A stretch of DNA of 64,000 bases from an uncultured Nitrososphaeraceae archaeon. GTDB lineage: Archaea > Thermoproteota > Nitrososphaeria > Nitrososphaerales > Nitrososphaeraceae. The stretch covers positions 17,508 through 81,507 of the forward strand of contig CAVXZB010000012.1 in assembly GCA_963765895.1 (NCBI GenBank). Direction: 5' to 3'. The notes under the pieces are model-generated. The model was not told the origin of the DNA. It saw only the letters and a list, made by a program, of their open reading frames with translations, and ran no database searches. Shown piece after piece: positions 46,981 to 58,959 of the stretch (position 1 is its first letter; every line of letters starts with the position of its first letter). Made by a program: the position numbers and the translations under genes.

Positions 46981-48301
46981 TAATTGCTTCCCTTATTATT
47001 CCGTTTAATCTAAATTCATTAGCAGTATACACACGTAGTGTTTGTTGAACATCTTTTTTTAATCCACTACTAATTCCGGTGCTTTCAATTTTTTTAGAAA
47101 CCAGCATTTTTATATAATCTTTTGCGCTTATTATATTTCTTTTAATTAACGCTGTTACTCTCATCTGTTTATTGATCCATATAAGATTACTTATTTTACT
47201 ATTCTTTGAAATAAAATTGATAGTTTCTTTTTTTCTAAAAACCTCTGGACCCATCTTCTCAGTGTATGGCGATAAGAAAATGGATTCTAATAAGAATATA
47301 AATGCAGCAGATCTTTTTTCATCTGTAATACAAGTGCTCTTTATTACTTTAAAACCGACAAGTTCTAACTGTTTGGATAAAGCATCAAGACTTCTCTTTA
47401 ATTGACCCCAAATAATATCTGGACTCCTCGGATTGTGCCCAAATTCCATCACCAATAAATTTGGATAAATCTCCTCGTGAGGTCTGGCATATCTCTTTTC
47501 TTTTATGAAAAATTCTAAAGATGGTTTCTGTAAAAATCTTCTGGCAGCAAGTACAAATTTCCCGACACTCTCGTTAGAAATTGCTGATCCTAGGTTTCTT
47601 CTAGAATCCACCGGATCAATTATAACAAGAGGACTTGCAAAGGTCTTTATTATATCTTCATCCACCCTATTAATGGAATATACATTCCCTTCTTTCTTAA
47701 TATCAGATATAGCTTGTAATAATGATGGAAGTGAACAATATTTTAAAATTAGCACTTCAATGACATATCCACTAAAACCATTCGTCGCGATTTCTGCTCC
47801 ATATACATTGATAGATTTGAGCATTCTTTTCAAAAGTCTAATATGTCTTATCATTTCATTATTTAGATTGTCTTTAACATATTCTGTATGGAATGGAGAT
47901 CTGTCAGCAGCACTTTTCCAATTTCCCATCTTTACATTATAACAAGGTACAATATTAATCCTGACCCCTTTAATGAAAGCTTCAACATACGGATGATCAG
48001 AATATCGCATATATGGTCGGTATCTTCGTAAAGATTCTATGCCTATTCGTTTGCCTAAACTTTCAAATTCTTCAGTATCAACAGATTCATCGATTTTCAC
48101 GAAAATATCTATGTCCGTATCTCCCTTTAACCACGTTCCCTTTGCAAATGATCCACCAAATGTCACTTCAATTATTTTTGAGGATCGATAATTGCTAACA
48201 AGATCTCTTGCCTCATTAGCTATTCTAGATATCCTTTTTACTTCTGCTAATGATGGTTCACAATATTGTAATGCTTTATTTAGTATAGTATTTATGCTCA
48301 T
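46946..48301 (-). CDS. cca: CCA-adding enzyme (class I)
   Basis: GGSFAKGTWL..DIDIF, HPYVE, SAADRSPFH, VYGAE..GFSGY, DPVD..RN. Confidence 0.95.
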   Translation of the reverse strand: MSINTILNKALQYCEPSLAEVKRISRIANEARDLVSNYRSSKIIEVTFGGSFAKGTWLKGDTDIDIFVKIDESVDTEEFESLGKRIGIESLRRYRPYMRYSDHPYVEAFIKGVRINIVPCYNVKMGNWKSAADRSPFHTEYVKDNLNNEMIRHIRLLKRMLKSINVYGAEIATNGFSGYVIEVLILKYCSLPSLLQAISDIKKEGNVYSINRVDEDIIKTFASPLVIIDPVDSRRNLGSAISNESVGKFVLAARRFLQKPSLEFFIKEKRYARPHEEIYPNLLVMEFGHNPRSPDIIWGQLKRSLDALSKQLELVGFKVIKSTCITDEKRSAAFIFLLESIFLSPYTEKMGPEVFRKKETINFISKNSKISNLIWINKQMRVTALIKRNIISAKDYIKMLVSKKIESTGISSGLKKDVQQTLRVYTANEFRLNGIIREAINALTTTERLTI

Positions 48302-48849
48302 TTTGCATCTACTGTAAAAATATTTGAATAAATTGGACCAGACTTGCTAATAATACTTTGTTTTAATTGTAATCTTGTAATGATGTCAGATCCAAATGTG
48401 TGTCCATTATACTTTGACAACATATTTTTTAGATCCAAGCTCCTAGTTCTAATTCGAAACAGTGTCAAATGTGGCATAAACTCTTTATCTGGTTTAAAAC
48501 CGATATCCAATATTCTTGATATTATCCTGTCACTAAGACTAATTAGCTGTTGTCCGCCTGTTTTATCCACACCTACCCATACAATTCTAGGAGAATACAA
48601 ATTTGGAAATACTCCGATATTTACGTATGTTATATTAATAGGTTTGAAGTATAAGTCTGCTAACCGAGTTCTAATATTCTCAATATTTTTTGAATCTATC
48701 TCTCCCAAGAAAATGATAGTAAAATGGAAGTTATCATTTCTCACTGGTCTGATTATTTGCTGACTCCATCGATTTTCAGTGATTAACTCATTTTGCAACC
48801 TATCAAGCAGATATGTATTAGATATATCTAATGCAATAAAGGCACGCAT
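48298..48849 (-). CDS. thpR: RNA 2',3'-cyclic phosphodiesterase
   Basis: MRAFIAL and two HxT motifs (HFT, PHLT). Confidence 0.9.
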   Translation of the reverse strand: MRAFIALDISNTYLLDRLQNELITENRWSQQIIRPVRNDNFHFTIIFLGEIDSKNIENIRTRLADLYFKPINITYVNIGVFPNLYSPRIVWVGVDKTGGQQLISLSDRIISRILDIGFKPDKEFMPHLTLFRIRTRSLDLKNMLSKYNGHTFGSDIITRLQLKQSIISKSGPIYSNIFTVDAK

Positions 48850-49011
48850 ACTATTATTTATCTAGGATTATTCAACCAAAATTAATTGAAACTGTTCCGA
48901 TTCTTATTGAACTATGTATGTGATTTATTCGACCTCAAGAGCGTTTATTTACTTGACATTGAGTAAGGCATTGCTAAGTAACATTCTTCTTATTTTTTAT
49001 AAATCATAAAA

Positions 49012-49974
49012 TTAAGAGAAGATCTTTATTACATCTGCAAATCTTTTTCTTAGGCTTACTATACTCGTGTTTCCGGCTAGTGCCATCCGTCCTTGACTTA
49101 CTTTTTCTCCTTCTTTGATACAGGCTGCATATAATACAGCGACCGCTAATGCATTAGGATCCTTTCCAAAAGATATGGGGTCTTTTTTCACCATGCTCAA
49201 CATTTCAAGAGCCTTTCTATATGACTTCTCAGAGACATTTGCATTATTTGCTGTTCTTGACAAATAGTTACCACAATCTACTAAAGGCAGATTTTGGATC
49301 TTAAGATGTCTCAAAAGTAGACGATAACATTTACCTGCAAATACCTTATCAGTATTTGCAGCTTTAGCTATCTCTTCAAGTGTTCTTAATATACTAAGTT
49401 CTCTACAAGCTGCATAAATACAGGCAACAATCATAGCTTCTATAGATCTTCCCTTAATCAGTTTTTTAGTAAGAGCTTTACGATAATAATATGCTGCCTT
49501 TTCTGTTACTGCGTCAGTTAGAGAAAGTTTATCTTTAATTCTTGACAATAATGCAAATGCATTTTTTAGGTTTCTTGTATAGGCCCTGCTGTTAAAGTTA
49601 GAAATTTTATTCCATTTCTGTAATCTACGTATTTTGCTCATCTGTTCTGGACTTATGATGGCACCGGCTGCATCCGTATGCGAATCAGAAATGTAAGTGG
49701 ATAAACCTCTATCATGAATAGCAAGTGAAGTAGGCATTCCACTTCTCTCTTTACCCCTTAATGCTTCAGCTGTATATGCACGCCATTCTTTTTCTAACGA
49801 CTCAATGTTTTCTTGTATTACTACGCCGCAGTTACTACAAACAATTTCTCCGGCCTCTGCGTCAAAAATAGTTAAGGTACTATTGCATAGAGAACATTCA
49901 ACACCGCTATTGCGTTCTGCTTCTCTATTCTGATAATCTTTTTGTGCATAATTGGATGATAACATAAAAAACAT
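49012..49974 (-). CDS. tfb: Transcription initiation factor IIB paralog
   Basis: Zn ribbon CSLC..GEIVCSNCG, EWRAY, HDRGLST, KGRSI, two cyclin repeats. Confidence 0.92.
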   Translation of the reverse strand: MFFMLSSNYAQKDYQNREAERNSGVECSLCNSTLTIFDAEAGEIVCSNCGVVIQENIESLEKEWRAYTAEALRGKERSGMPTSLAIHDRGLSTYISDSHTDAAGAIISPEQMSKIRRLQKWNKISNFNSRAYTRNLKNAFALLSRIKDKLSLTDAVTEKAAYYYRKALTKKLIKGRSIEAMIVACIYAACRELSILRTLEEIAKAANTDKVFAGKCYRLLLRHLKIQNLPLVDCGNYLSRTANNANVSEKSYRKALEMLSMVKKDPISFGKDPNALAVAVLYAACIKEGEKVSQGRMALAGNTSIVSLRKRFADVIKIFS

Positions 49975-50550
49975 AAAACATAGAAAACCCTATAAAAAGC
50001 ATGTTTATTTATGGTTAGAAAAGCACCAATTGTACACACTTGTTGTACGATTAAACTATAAATTTATTATACTATAATTTATATAATATTCGGATTAACA
50101 AACAGTTTCTAATTATATTAATAAAAAATGAGATAAATTATAGAGATTTTCCATTTTGTCCTTGTTTTTTAGTCGCTTCTAAAGACTGATCTACGTTATT
50201 GCATCTTTAACAGAATAGATCTATCTTCAGTTTGTTTTGTTAAGATCATATTCCACATCATGATCTATGAAATCATATAACCGTGAGTTATCATTTTAAA
50301 GTTATAAATGAGCTTTGTTTTAGAATTTACAACGTATAAAAATTTTATGGATGAGGCAATTAACAATAAGATAACACAATTTAACATAAATACTAAAATA
50401 TTAGAAATGAAGCTGATATTTATGCAATAACGTAAAGTCATTTGTAATGTGTATGCATATTGTAATAATTGATTTAATATAAGTAGTCAAATTAAATATG
50501 TGAATAAAAGATCAATCAGACTTAATATATTGAATTATGTATAGTGAGCT

Positions 50551-52261
50551 ATGAATAAAGATATTTCGTATGCTATTAATTATCATGAGGCAACGAATCA
50601 TTCCGAAATTAGTCTAATGACTTCAAGGTATCGCTTAGATTGGAATAATCGTCCTATGCCTTTTAAAGTGTATACTGATAATTTATTTACGTATAATCTT
50701 CCAACAGATTTTCCTATACCAACCCTGAACGCCATCACGTCTATTTGCAATAGATATTACAATCACAATTCTGGAATTACAAGCGATTCAAATGTGCTTC
50801 GTAATGGTAATATAACTTTAAAAGACTTGTCAGAAATCCTATTTTTTTCGGCCGGAATTACTCGGGAGATGAGATATAATTATGGTACTTACTATATGCG
50901 TGCAGCTTCTGCTACTGGTGCGCTTTATCCTATAGAATTATATATCGTTTGTCGAGATCTCTCACCAAATTTAAAAGCAGGAGTGTACCATTTTTGCCCT
51001 GCAGAATTTAACCTTACCGAAATTCGTAGTGGTGATTATCTGACTCAATTGTCTGCAGCTACTGGAAATAATTCAAACATTTTAAATTCTCAAATTTCCA
51101 TTATATTTACATCGTTTGCTTGGAGAAACGCATGGAAATATCAAGCAAGATCTTATCGCCATTGGTATTGGGACTCTGGTGTAATAGCTGCAAATCTTCT
51201 TGCAGTAACCACTTCGATGAGGCTTTCTGCTGAACTGGTAATGGGGTTTGTAGATGATGCACTCAATAATCTTCTTCGATTGGAGAAACAAAAAGAAGCA
51301 ACAATAGTGATGGCTCGCTATTAATACAAGATCATCATTAGAGAAAGTTGAAATTAAAGATACTAAAAAAGTGGAAGAAATACAGCGTATTCCTAATTTG
51401 CCTGTCTTAAAAGTTGTCCCATTATCAAAAAGTGGGGAAATAGATTATTTTGAAATTTGGAGACTACATCAAGCCTCTAAGCTAGACAACAAAAATGAAG
51501 TAAAAGAATGGGTTAATAGTTATGACCACAATACAGACGAAACGGTATGGAAGGCATCTGATATGAAACGTGAGTCATCATATAATAATATCAAGATTTC
51601 CAGTGAACATTCATCATTTAAGGAATCCATATCGTCTAATTACCGTGTAGCAGGTTTAGGTGAAACCATACTAAGAAGAGGTTCAACACGCAGGTTTACT
51701 GTGGCCCCTATTCCATTCTCTATATTATCTGTCATACTATCTTGTGTAACTACAAGAACACCTATGGATTTTCTTAGAAAAGGAGACACATTAATAGACA
51801 TCTATTTAATAGCTAATGGGATAGATAACTTAGCACGAGGAGGGTATTTCTTTAATAGTAAATTGAATAGTTTGGAAGTACTGAAAAAACATGTTTCAAG
51901 GGAGATGTCTGGATATCTTTGTCTAGGTCAATCTCTTTTTAGCGATGCTAGTGCAGTTCTATTTCTGATGTGCAACTTAAAAAATATACTTGACATTTTG
52001 GGTAATAGAGGATATAGAGCCGCACAATTTGAAGCTGGAGTGATAGCTGGAAAAATATATCTGTCAGCATATGCTCAAGGTATAGGAGCATCAGGATCAA
52101 CTTTTTTTGATGAGGCAGTAACCGAATTTTTCTCTCCACATGCAGAAAATAAGAATTCAATGATTGCGATCGGAATTGGTAGGCCTGATTATAAAGCGAA
52201 GGCAGGAAAAGTATTGCCTGTTAAGTTGACTAGAGAACAGCTATTGGTTGGCAATGTATAA
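50551..52261 (+). pseudogene. Two-domain SagB/ThcOx-family nitroreductase with a frameshift near 51313
   Basis: RAASATGALYPIELY, WKYQARSYR; second domain RRGSTRRF, RGYRAAQFEAG; the two ORFs join with one indel. Confidence 0.85.
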
Positions 52262-52485
52262 TTAAGATGCCAAAAAGGGATTCCATCATATTAGCATTCT
52301 ATAAAATATTAACATTTTTCTGACCATTACTAGGACAATCTGAATTGTCCAAAGCTGTTCGTTTATCAACTGTGACAAATCTTTTACAAGTAAAACCCTC
52401 ATTCATTAATATCATATTCACTCGTGCTTTTTGCCTCTAACTACTAAAATAAAGAAATTATATGATCTCATCATATTACTAAACT

Positions 52486-53433
52486 GGCTGTGTAGAAACC
52501 ATCTCATACAGTCAAAGCTTTGTAAGAGTATAATACCAATAGTCTATTGAAAGAATCAATGTACGTCAGACTTGCAGGTACGATGTTCCGTGTTTTGAAG
52601 CATGCAAGGATTCCTCTATTTTCTAACAGGAAAAGTAATCACATATTTACAATATGGCAGCACATAGTTCTAGTTGCTATACGACAGTATGAAGGTAAGA
52701 GTTATAGAATGTTTGTCGAGTGGTTAATTGAAGCCTATTACCTAAGGTCATTTCTACGGTTGTCACGTATTCCTCATTTTACAACATTGCAAAAGTTTAC
52801 AGATAGAATCAATAATTCATTGCTTGAAAAGATAATTTCGTCATTCATTGTAATTAGTGGTACCAAGCATATCTTTGCAGGAATAGATTCAACAGGATTT
52901 AAGATAACTCATGCATCACAATATTATACTGATCGAACAGAATTGAGAAGAAAATATGCGAAATTATCTATTGGAGTAGATGTATTACAACAAATCATAT
53001 GTACAATTAAGATAAGACGAGCTCCAACAAGGCATGATAATGTAGATTTCAGGCCAATTATAACAAGGACATCAAATATTCTTCCATTATCTGTAGTTAC
53101 AGCTGATAAGGGTTACGATAGTGAAGATAATCACCTTCTCGTAAGAGAGGACTTACATGCATTCAGTATTATTCCTGCTCGATATGAACATGTACCGATG
53201 TGGAGAACACATGGTAAGTACAGAAAGCAGATGAAGCGTGGTTACTCCAAATTGCTGTACAATCAACGAAACAAAGATGAAACCATAATATCAGTTATAA
53301 AACGACTATTTGGAGAGAATCTTATGTCTAGATTGACTAGAATGCAGAACAGAGAGTTATCATTTAGATGTATCACCTACAATATGCATAGACTGACTAA
53401 TCTTGTAATATTGATGATGTTTTCTACATAGTC
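52486..53433 (+). mobile_element. IS5-family insertion sequence
   Basis: IRs GGCTGTGTAGAAACCATC / GATGTTTTCTACATAGTC (15/18 match); no TSD visible. Confidence 0.85.
52547..53431 (+). CDS. IS5-family DDE transposase (intact)
   Basis: PHFTTLQKF, GIDSTG, HD, ADKGYDSE, YNQRNKDETIISVIKRLFG. Confidence 0.92.
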   Translation: MKESMYVRLAGTMFRVLKHARIPLFSNRKSNHIFTIWQHIVLVAIRQYEGKSYRMFVEWLIEAYYLRSFLRLSRIPHFTTLQKFTDRINNSLLEKIISSFIVISGTKHIFAGIDSTGFKITHASQYYTDRTELRRKYAKLSIGVDVLQQIICTIKIRRAPTRHDNVDFRPIITRTSNILPLSVVTADKGYDSEDNHLLVREDLHAFSIIPARYEHVPMWRTHGKYRKQMKRGYSKLLYNQRNKDETIISVIKRLFGENLMSRLTRMQNRELSFRCITYNMHRLTNLVILMMFST

Positions 53434-54118
53434 GGAACAAGGAAAGGTGCACGTAGGAAGTAAAGCAATAACCTCTTACAGATTTACCGAATCAGGATAT
53501 TTGCTAGCATGGAATATAGAAAGTTTTAACATAAAGCAAAGAGAGATAGCAAATAACCAAATATACAGAGTTCTGCAACGAAATGCCAGCTATGGTCAAT
53601 CATCCTATTATGTCCTCGGTTCGCTCGAGTACAGGAAATATAAGGAAAGAGGAGTGTTTGATGAATTATTTACAAGTATTTTGCGAGACACAATCTCCCA
53701 CTCGAACAGACAAATAAATACAATAAGAGATCTTATCACAGGTAGTCCTTTACCTAACTTTAATGATGAAAATAATGCAAAAGTTTACTTGGAAATCTGG
53801 CATGAAGCGTTCAACGAGTTACCAAATGAGGAAACTAGAAATTGTTGTCTATATTGGCTAAAACTAGGAATAGAGCAGCTAATGGAGACTAAGCCTCCAA
53901 AGAATATTAAAGCCTTTGAGGAACGAAGGTTTGATTTACGAAGCAATTACGATACGCTCGCATTGGAAGGAATATGTTCAAATTGTCACCTTCCATCAGC
54001 ACTATCGATAAATATATTAGAATATATGAACAGAATAAATTTTTCAGCAGAGAAAATTATCATTAATAAATGCACAGTATGTGATCAGAATTGCTCGATA
54101 CAACTCCCTATGCTTTGA
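53434..54118 (+). pseudogene. 5'-truncated paralog of 54242-55393
   Basis: The open frame starts at the IS end; YRFTESGYLLAWNIE aligns with YKHTIFGLLIAWIIE; C-terminal CSNC..CTVC. Confidence 0.65.
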
Positions 54119-54241
54119 GATAACCCTTATTTCAAACTCATCGCACTGTTTGGGAACACATTAATAACGTAACCTTTAATCTAAAGAGTTTCAATAACAT
54201 TTTATTTTGCTGCTTATTATATAACTAACGACTCAATAACT

Positions 54242-55393
54242 GTGAAAGAGTTACGAAGCATAAGCTCAATCTTTAGAAGAAATGAAAATGGAGAGTATGA
54301 CCAAAGTGCTCTACTTTATCGAGACATCTTATGTTATCCTGTTAAAATAGCCAGTATGGATGATGATAACGATACTGTTAAAAATGTTAGCAATAATGCT
54401 AAATCTGTTAACTTTACCAGATGGACGATTGTTACATGGTTAAGATCTAATCATAGCATATATGTGATTAGATATAAAGAGAAACCTTTGGGTTCTCCCT
54501 ATGTCGAACTTATGAGTATACAGAATACTATAAGGAGAAATTTAGATAGACTAGTCGAACTCGAATTATTGCAAATAGCCGGGGAAGGAAAGATTCAGAC
54601 AGGAACCGGCACTACGCCTATTTATAAACATACAATATTTGGGCTCCTCATAGCATGGATCATCGAGTTGCAAAATATTTATGATACAGAGATAAGCGAT
54701 TTAGAGGAGGATCAGAGAAGAAGAAAAATTGCTACCGATGAGATATATGATATACTTCAAGGTATATTAAAAAAGGGATACAGATGTGCCCCAACAACTC
54801 TCTTAGTGTATTCTAAATTCCTTGAAATCTGTAAGGAACAAAAACTATTCGGCAACCTAATCCAGTTAATGAATTCGATACTTCTTTCAGAGGACGATAT
54901 GATCACAATGGAAAATTTCATACACAGACTAATGGAATTTGATTTTAAGTCTGAAAATAGTAAACTACTGTTTCGACTTATCTTATGGAATGGTACATTA
55001 AATTCTCTTGATGAGCGTACAAGAAATGTCTTTCTGCATAATGCTAAGTTGGATATAGAAAGAAAAGTAGTAGAAGGGCTGAAAAATCTTAGAGGTTATG
55101 AGAGTCTAATGCTAAAAGCTTTAGAATATCCGAAAATCCAGGTTATTCTTGAATGTAATTGTAATTGTAAACAGTGTCGGTCGTATATCCTTAGAATGCT
55201 GGATGTTCGCAAGTACAAGATCAGGATGATATTAGCGAATATAGATTCCTCGAAGTTATCTGGTGTGGCGCTTCAAATCTACAAATTGGAGATGGACAAA
55301 GTTTGCTCTAATATAGATCCTTCCATACTGCCAGAAAAATGTCCTGCCTGTAACACATATAATTCGCTAAAAATGCCTTTCTTTACCAACTGA
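54242..55393 (+). CDS. Hypothetical protein with a wHTH-like N-terminus and C-terminal zinc ribbon
   Basis: IRRNLDRLVELELLQ...YKHT..G; CKQC...CPAC. Confidence 0.7.
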   Translation: MKELRSISSIFRRNENGEYDQSALLYRDILCYPVKIASMDDDNDTVKNVSNNAKSVNFTRWTIVTWLRSNHSIYVIRYKEKPLGSPYVELMSIQNTIRRNLDRLVELELLQIAGEGKIQTGTGTTPIYKHTIFGLLIAWIIELQNIYDTEISDLEEDQRRRKIATDEIYDILQGILKKGYRCAPTTLLVYSKFLEICKEQKLFGNLIQLMNSILLSEDDMITMENFIHRLMEFDFKSENSKLLFRLILWNGTLNSLDERTRNVFLHNAKLDIERKVVEGLKNLRGYESLMLKALEYPKIQVILECNCNCKQCRSYILRMLDVRKYKIRMILANIDSSKLSGVALQIYKLEMDKVCSNIDPSILPEKCPACNTYNSLKMPFFTN

Positions 55394-55703
55394 TATTAGC
55401 GTAACTATAATATTTGAGATGATTTGCTCAACGATGGTTTTAATAATCATTATTTATAATAGATGATCGATAGGAATTTGCGTTAGTTGATGCGCAGTTT
55501 GATTTTTAGTGTTTAATGCATTCTCAATAGTATTATTTATTCCTAAAACCGTATTGCCTAAGCGAATTGCAAGACAATATTCCGTTAGATGAATATAGTC
55601 GTATATTACCAATACCATATAGTTAGATTGACGCCTCTCTCGTAGCTGCGACAGACGCTTGTTGAGAAATTGTATATATTCCTTGAATCACTAAGATTAT
55701 TAG

Positions 55704-56705
55704 GTGTTGAACGAAATCCTTAATGTATCGAATGTAAGGAAGTATTTTCATGTTAAAAAGAGTCTTAGAGATTCCTTCCATCTGCACGGCGATGCTCAAT
55801 ATGTTAAAGCCGTTGACGATGTAAGCTTTAACATAAATAAGGGTGAGGTATTGGTTATTGCTGGAGAATCGGGTTCTGGCAAGAGTACATTGGCTCGATT
55901 AATACTTCGAGCTATCGAACCAGATAGTGGTTCCATATCCTTTGAAGGGCACGATATTACAAAAAAACGGGGAAAAGAACTAAAAAATTTTAGGACGAAA
56001 ATTCAAATGGTACAGCAGGATCCTTATACTTCCATTGACCCACGTTGGAGAGTGATGGATATCGTGTCAGAACCACTTGCTATCCATCATCTATATTTCT
56101 CAAAGAAGGAACGGGAAGATAAAGTAATTAAAGCATTAGAAAATGTAAGATTAGAACCCGCGTCTGAAATATCGAATATGTTTCCACATATGCTCTCTGG
56201 GGGTCAAAGACAGAGAGTCGCTCTAGCCAGGGCTCTTGTAATAAATCCAAAAATAATTGTAGCCGATGAACCTGTCTCGATGCTTGATATATCTGTCAGG
56301 GCAGAAATATTGCAATTGATGAAAGCCTTAAAGGATAAATTACAAATTTCATATATCTACATTACTCATGATCTTTCTACGTCCAGATATATAGGTGATA
56401 ATATCGCTATTATGTATGCTGGCAAAATAGTAGAAACCGGGCCAATCAACCAAATATTATTGAATCCACTTCATCCATACACCCAGGCATTGATCGATGC
56501 AGTTTCTGAACCTGAACCAAACAACTTGCAAAAAGAAAAAATAATTCGTTTAAAACATGGGGCCTCTAAAACCTATGTTGGTTGTCGATTTTGTCAATCC
56601 TGTCTTTATTCTATGGACAAATGCTCGGAGGATCCTATCCTGGAACAAAAAGAGACTAACCATTTAGTTTCCTGTTTTTTATATCCTAAGTTGATCCAAC
56701 AATAG
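55704..56705 (+). CDS. Oligopeptide/dipeptide ABC transporter ATP-binding subunit (OppF/DppF type)
   Basis: GESGSGKST, LSGGQRQR, VADEPVSMLD, HPYTQAL, C-terminal Cys cluster. Confidence 0.93.
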   Translation: MLNEILNVSNVRKYFHVKKSLRDSFHLHGDAQYVKAVDDVSFNINKGEVLVIAGESGSGKSTLARLILRAIEPDSGSISFEGHDITKKRGKELKNFRTKIQMVQQDPYTSIDPRWRVMDIVSEPLAIHHLYFSKKEREDKVIKALENVRLEPASEISNMFPHMLSGGQRQRVALARALVINPKIIVADEPVSMLDISVRAEILQLMKALKDKLQISYIYITHDLSTSRYIGDNIAIMYAGKIVETGPINQILLNPLHPYTQALIDAVSEPEPNNLQKEKIIRLKHGASKTYVGCRFCQSCLYSMDKCSEDPILEQKETNHLVSCFLYPKLIQQ

Positions 56706-57654
56706 TCGATTGACTCTCATTTGTGAAAAAGTTGCGAGGTATTCATTTTCCTAATCGATTGGAATAATGGAGGTGGAATTGCGGATTCTATTATGACAAA
56801 TAACCAGTACGATCGAAGCCTGACTTCAGACAGGTATTTGCGCAAGACAACGTAATAGATTGGATTGGTTGGTCAGTTGTATACACTCTACGATTTAATG
56901 ATAAATATTTCTTAACTTTGAATCAGAAATTAATACTAATTCCAGTCATAATTAACCAAACTAAACGATGTACTAAAATACTCGTTGTCTTTTTATCTCC
57001 AGTCAGAGGTGTTATAAGATCCTTTTTTACAACTACAGATTTTCTTTGTCCTAACTTTAGTCTAGGCGTAAATAATGATTTTAATTAAAATCAAAAAGGA
57101 GTTGAATTCATAAAATTTCTAGCTGCTGATATGAACTGAATGTACTAGATGTTATTCCGTAGATTTGAATTTACTAATGTCGCCATGTTAAGTGCAATGT
57201 ATTCTCAAATTAAAAACTCCCAAACTTAAATAGTCTAGTAATTATTAAACAATGGCGAATTTTTTTGCCTGCAGTACTACATTTGATCTTTGAATTTCAA
57301 GAGCGTAGAGCCTCCAATGAGATCACAAATTTGCAAAATAAGACCCGGTTAAAGTTTATTATATCTAACATTAGTCTCCCTGCCTCTTCCTAAACATTTT
57401 TGAACATAAATTGCATGGCCTAACCCCAGAAGACTATGTTCTCAACTCGTCTCCCTGGGAAATCTCAAATAATGAGAGTATTAATGCATCATTCTATACC
57501 ATAAGAAATGCCCCTGGGCTAAATAAAACCAAGCATCGAGATAGTCTATTATCTTAAGAGACACTAGATCTGAAACCTTATTTCTATGTTCGGGATGATC
57601 CAAGATTACGTACTAACATAATTCTTAAGAAGAATCATATGATGTCTAGAATGT

Positions 57655-58959
57655 ATGCAACGGGCTAATGATATTAAAACTCCAATTAATGTAGACAAGG
57701 AGATAACAATCAGAGGCTGGGTACATAGATTACGTAAACAAAAGGAAAAGACTTTTTTGCTTATCCGAGATGATCGGGGCGGAGTCATTCAATGTGTATT
57801 TCCAACTCGACAGGTAACACATCTAACCATCGAGTCCTCTGTTGAAGTTACCGGTATATTGATAGCAGATGATAGAGCGCCAGAAGGTGGCTATGAAATC
57901 AGAGGTAATAGTTTAATAGTTATTAATATTGCTGACTCCGATTTTCCCATAGGAGAATACCAGAGTGCTGAATTATTGCTTGACAATAGGCATTTAGCAC
58001 TAAGGACTCGAAGAATGATTGAAATTGCAAAAATCAGGTCCACAATCTTAAAGTTTGCCCGCCAGTTTTTTATAGAAAATGATTGGATGGAAGTAACTCC
58101 CCCAATCATAGTGAAAGGTGCGGTAGAGGGCGGTTCTACACTTTTTAAACTGAGGTACTTTAATGAAGAGGCATACCTTTCACAGAGTGCACAGCTCTAT
58201 CTCGAGGCGTTAATCTTCTCCTTGGGTCCGGTATGGAGCCTTACTCCTTCGTTCAGAGCAGAAAAATCAAGAACAGTAAGGCATCTTGCAGAATTTTCAC
58301 ATCTAGAAGCAGAAGCGCCATTGGCAAGCCTTGAAGATATTTTACGAGTTGAGGAACGACTGATAACCTATATAATTCACAATACTATTAGAGAAAGATC
58401 TGACTCCCTTATCTTTCTAAAGAGAGATGTTACTAATCTAAAGGACGTCAGAGTTCCGTTTGATAGAATTTCTTATTACGAGGCAATTGATACACTCCAA
58501 TCAAGGGATTTCAGAGTAGTAGACGCGAAGGGAAACAAAAGACCTATTAGAATAGGCGATGATCTTAATATTGACTCAGAACGTGAACTGACAAAATCCA
58601 CCTTAAATCCACTTTTTGTTAGTGGCTATCCTATCCGGATAAAGCCCTTCTATGTTAAGGAGGATGAGCAAAATAGGGGAATTGGACTCAGTGCTGATTT
58701 ATTAGCTCCTGGAGGTTTTGGAGAAATTGCTAGTGGGGGAATGAGGGAAGATGATATCTCATCTATTAAAAAAAGAATGAAGATTGAGGGACTTGATCCA
58801 TCATCATATGACTGGTATATAGACCTGAGAAGATTTGGTTCGGTACCCCATGGTGGTTTCGGACTAGGTATCGAACGTTTAGTGAGATGGTTAGTCGATA
58901 TTGAGGACATAAAGGATACAGTGTTATTTCCTAGAACAATGTCTAGAATTATACCATAG
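57655..58959 (+). CDS. asnS: Asparagine--tRNA ligase
   Basis: EGGSTLF, YLSQSAQLYLE, SFRAEKSRT.RHL.EF, PHGGFGLGIER (AsnRS-type rather than AspRS-type motifs). Confidence 0.82.
   Translation: MQRANDIKTPINVDKEITIRGWVHRLRKQKEKTFLLIRDDRGGVIQCVFPTRQVTHLTIESSVEVTGILIADDRAPEGGYEIRGNSLIVINIADSDFPIGEYQSAELLLDNRHLALRTRRMIEIAKIRSTILKFARQFFIENDWMEVTPPIIVKGAVEGGSTLFKLRYFNEEAYLSQSAQLYLEALIFSLGPVWSLTPSFRAEKSRTVRHLAEFSHLEAEAPLASLEDILRVEERLITYIIHNTIRERSDSLIFLKRDVTNLKDVRVPFDRISYYEAIDTLQSRDFRVVDAKGNKRPIRIGDDLNIDSERELTKSTLNPLFVSGYPIRIKPFYVKEDEQNRGIGLSADLLAPGGFGEIASGGMREDDISSIKKRMKIEGLDPSSYDWYIDLRRFGSVPHGGFGLGIERLVRWLVDIEDIKDTVLFPRTMSRIIP

Noticed and set aside
50551-52261. SagB-like gene as part of a RiPP (TOMM) cluster, with the His/Cys peptide as precursor
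   Set aside because: No YcaO, precursor or transporter adjacent; the peptide is 28 kb away and has a Sec-type signal.
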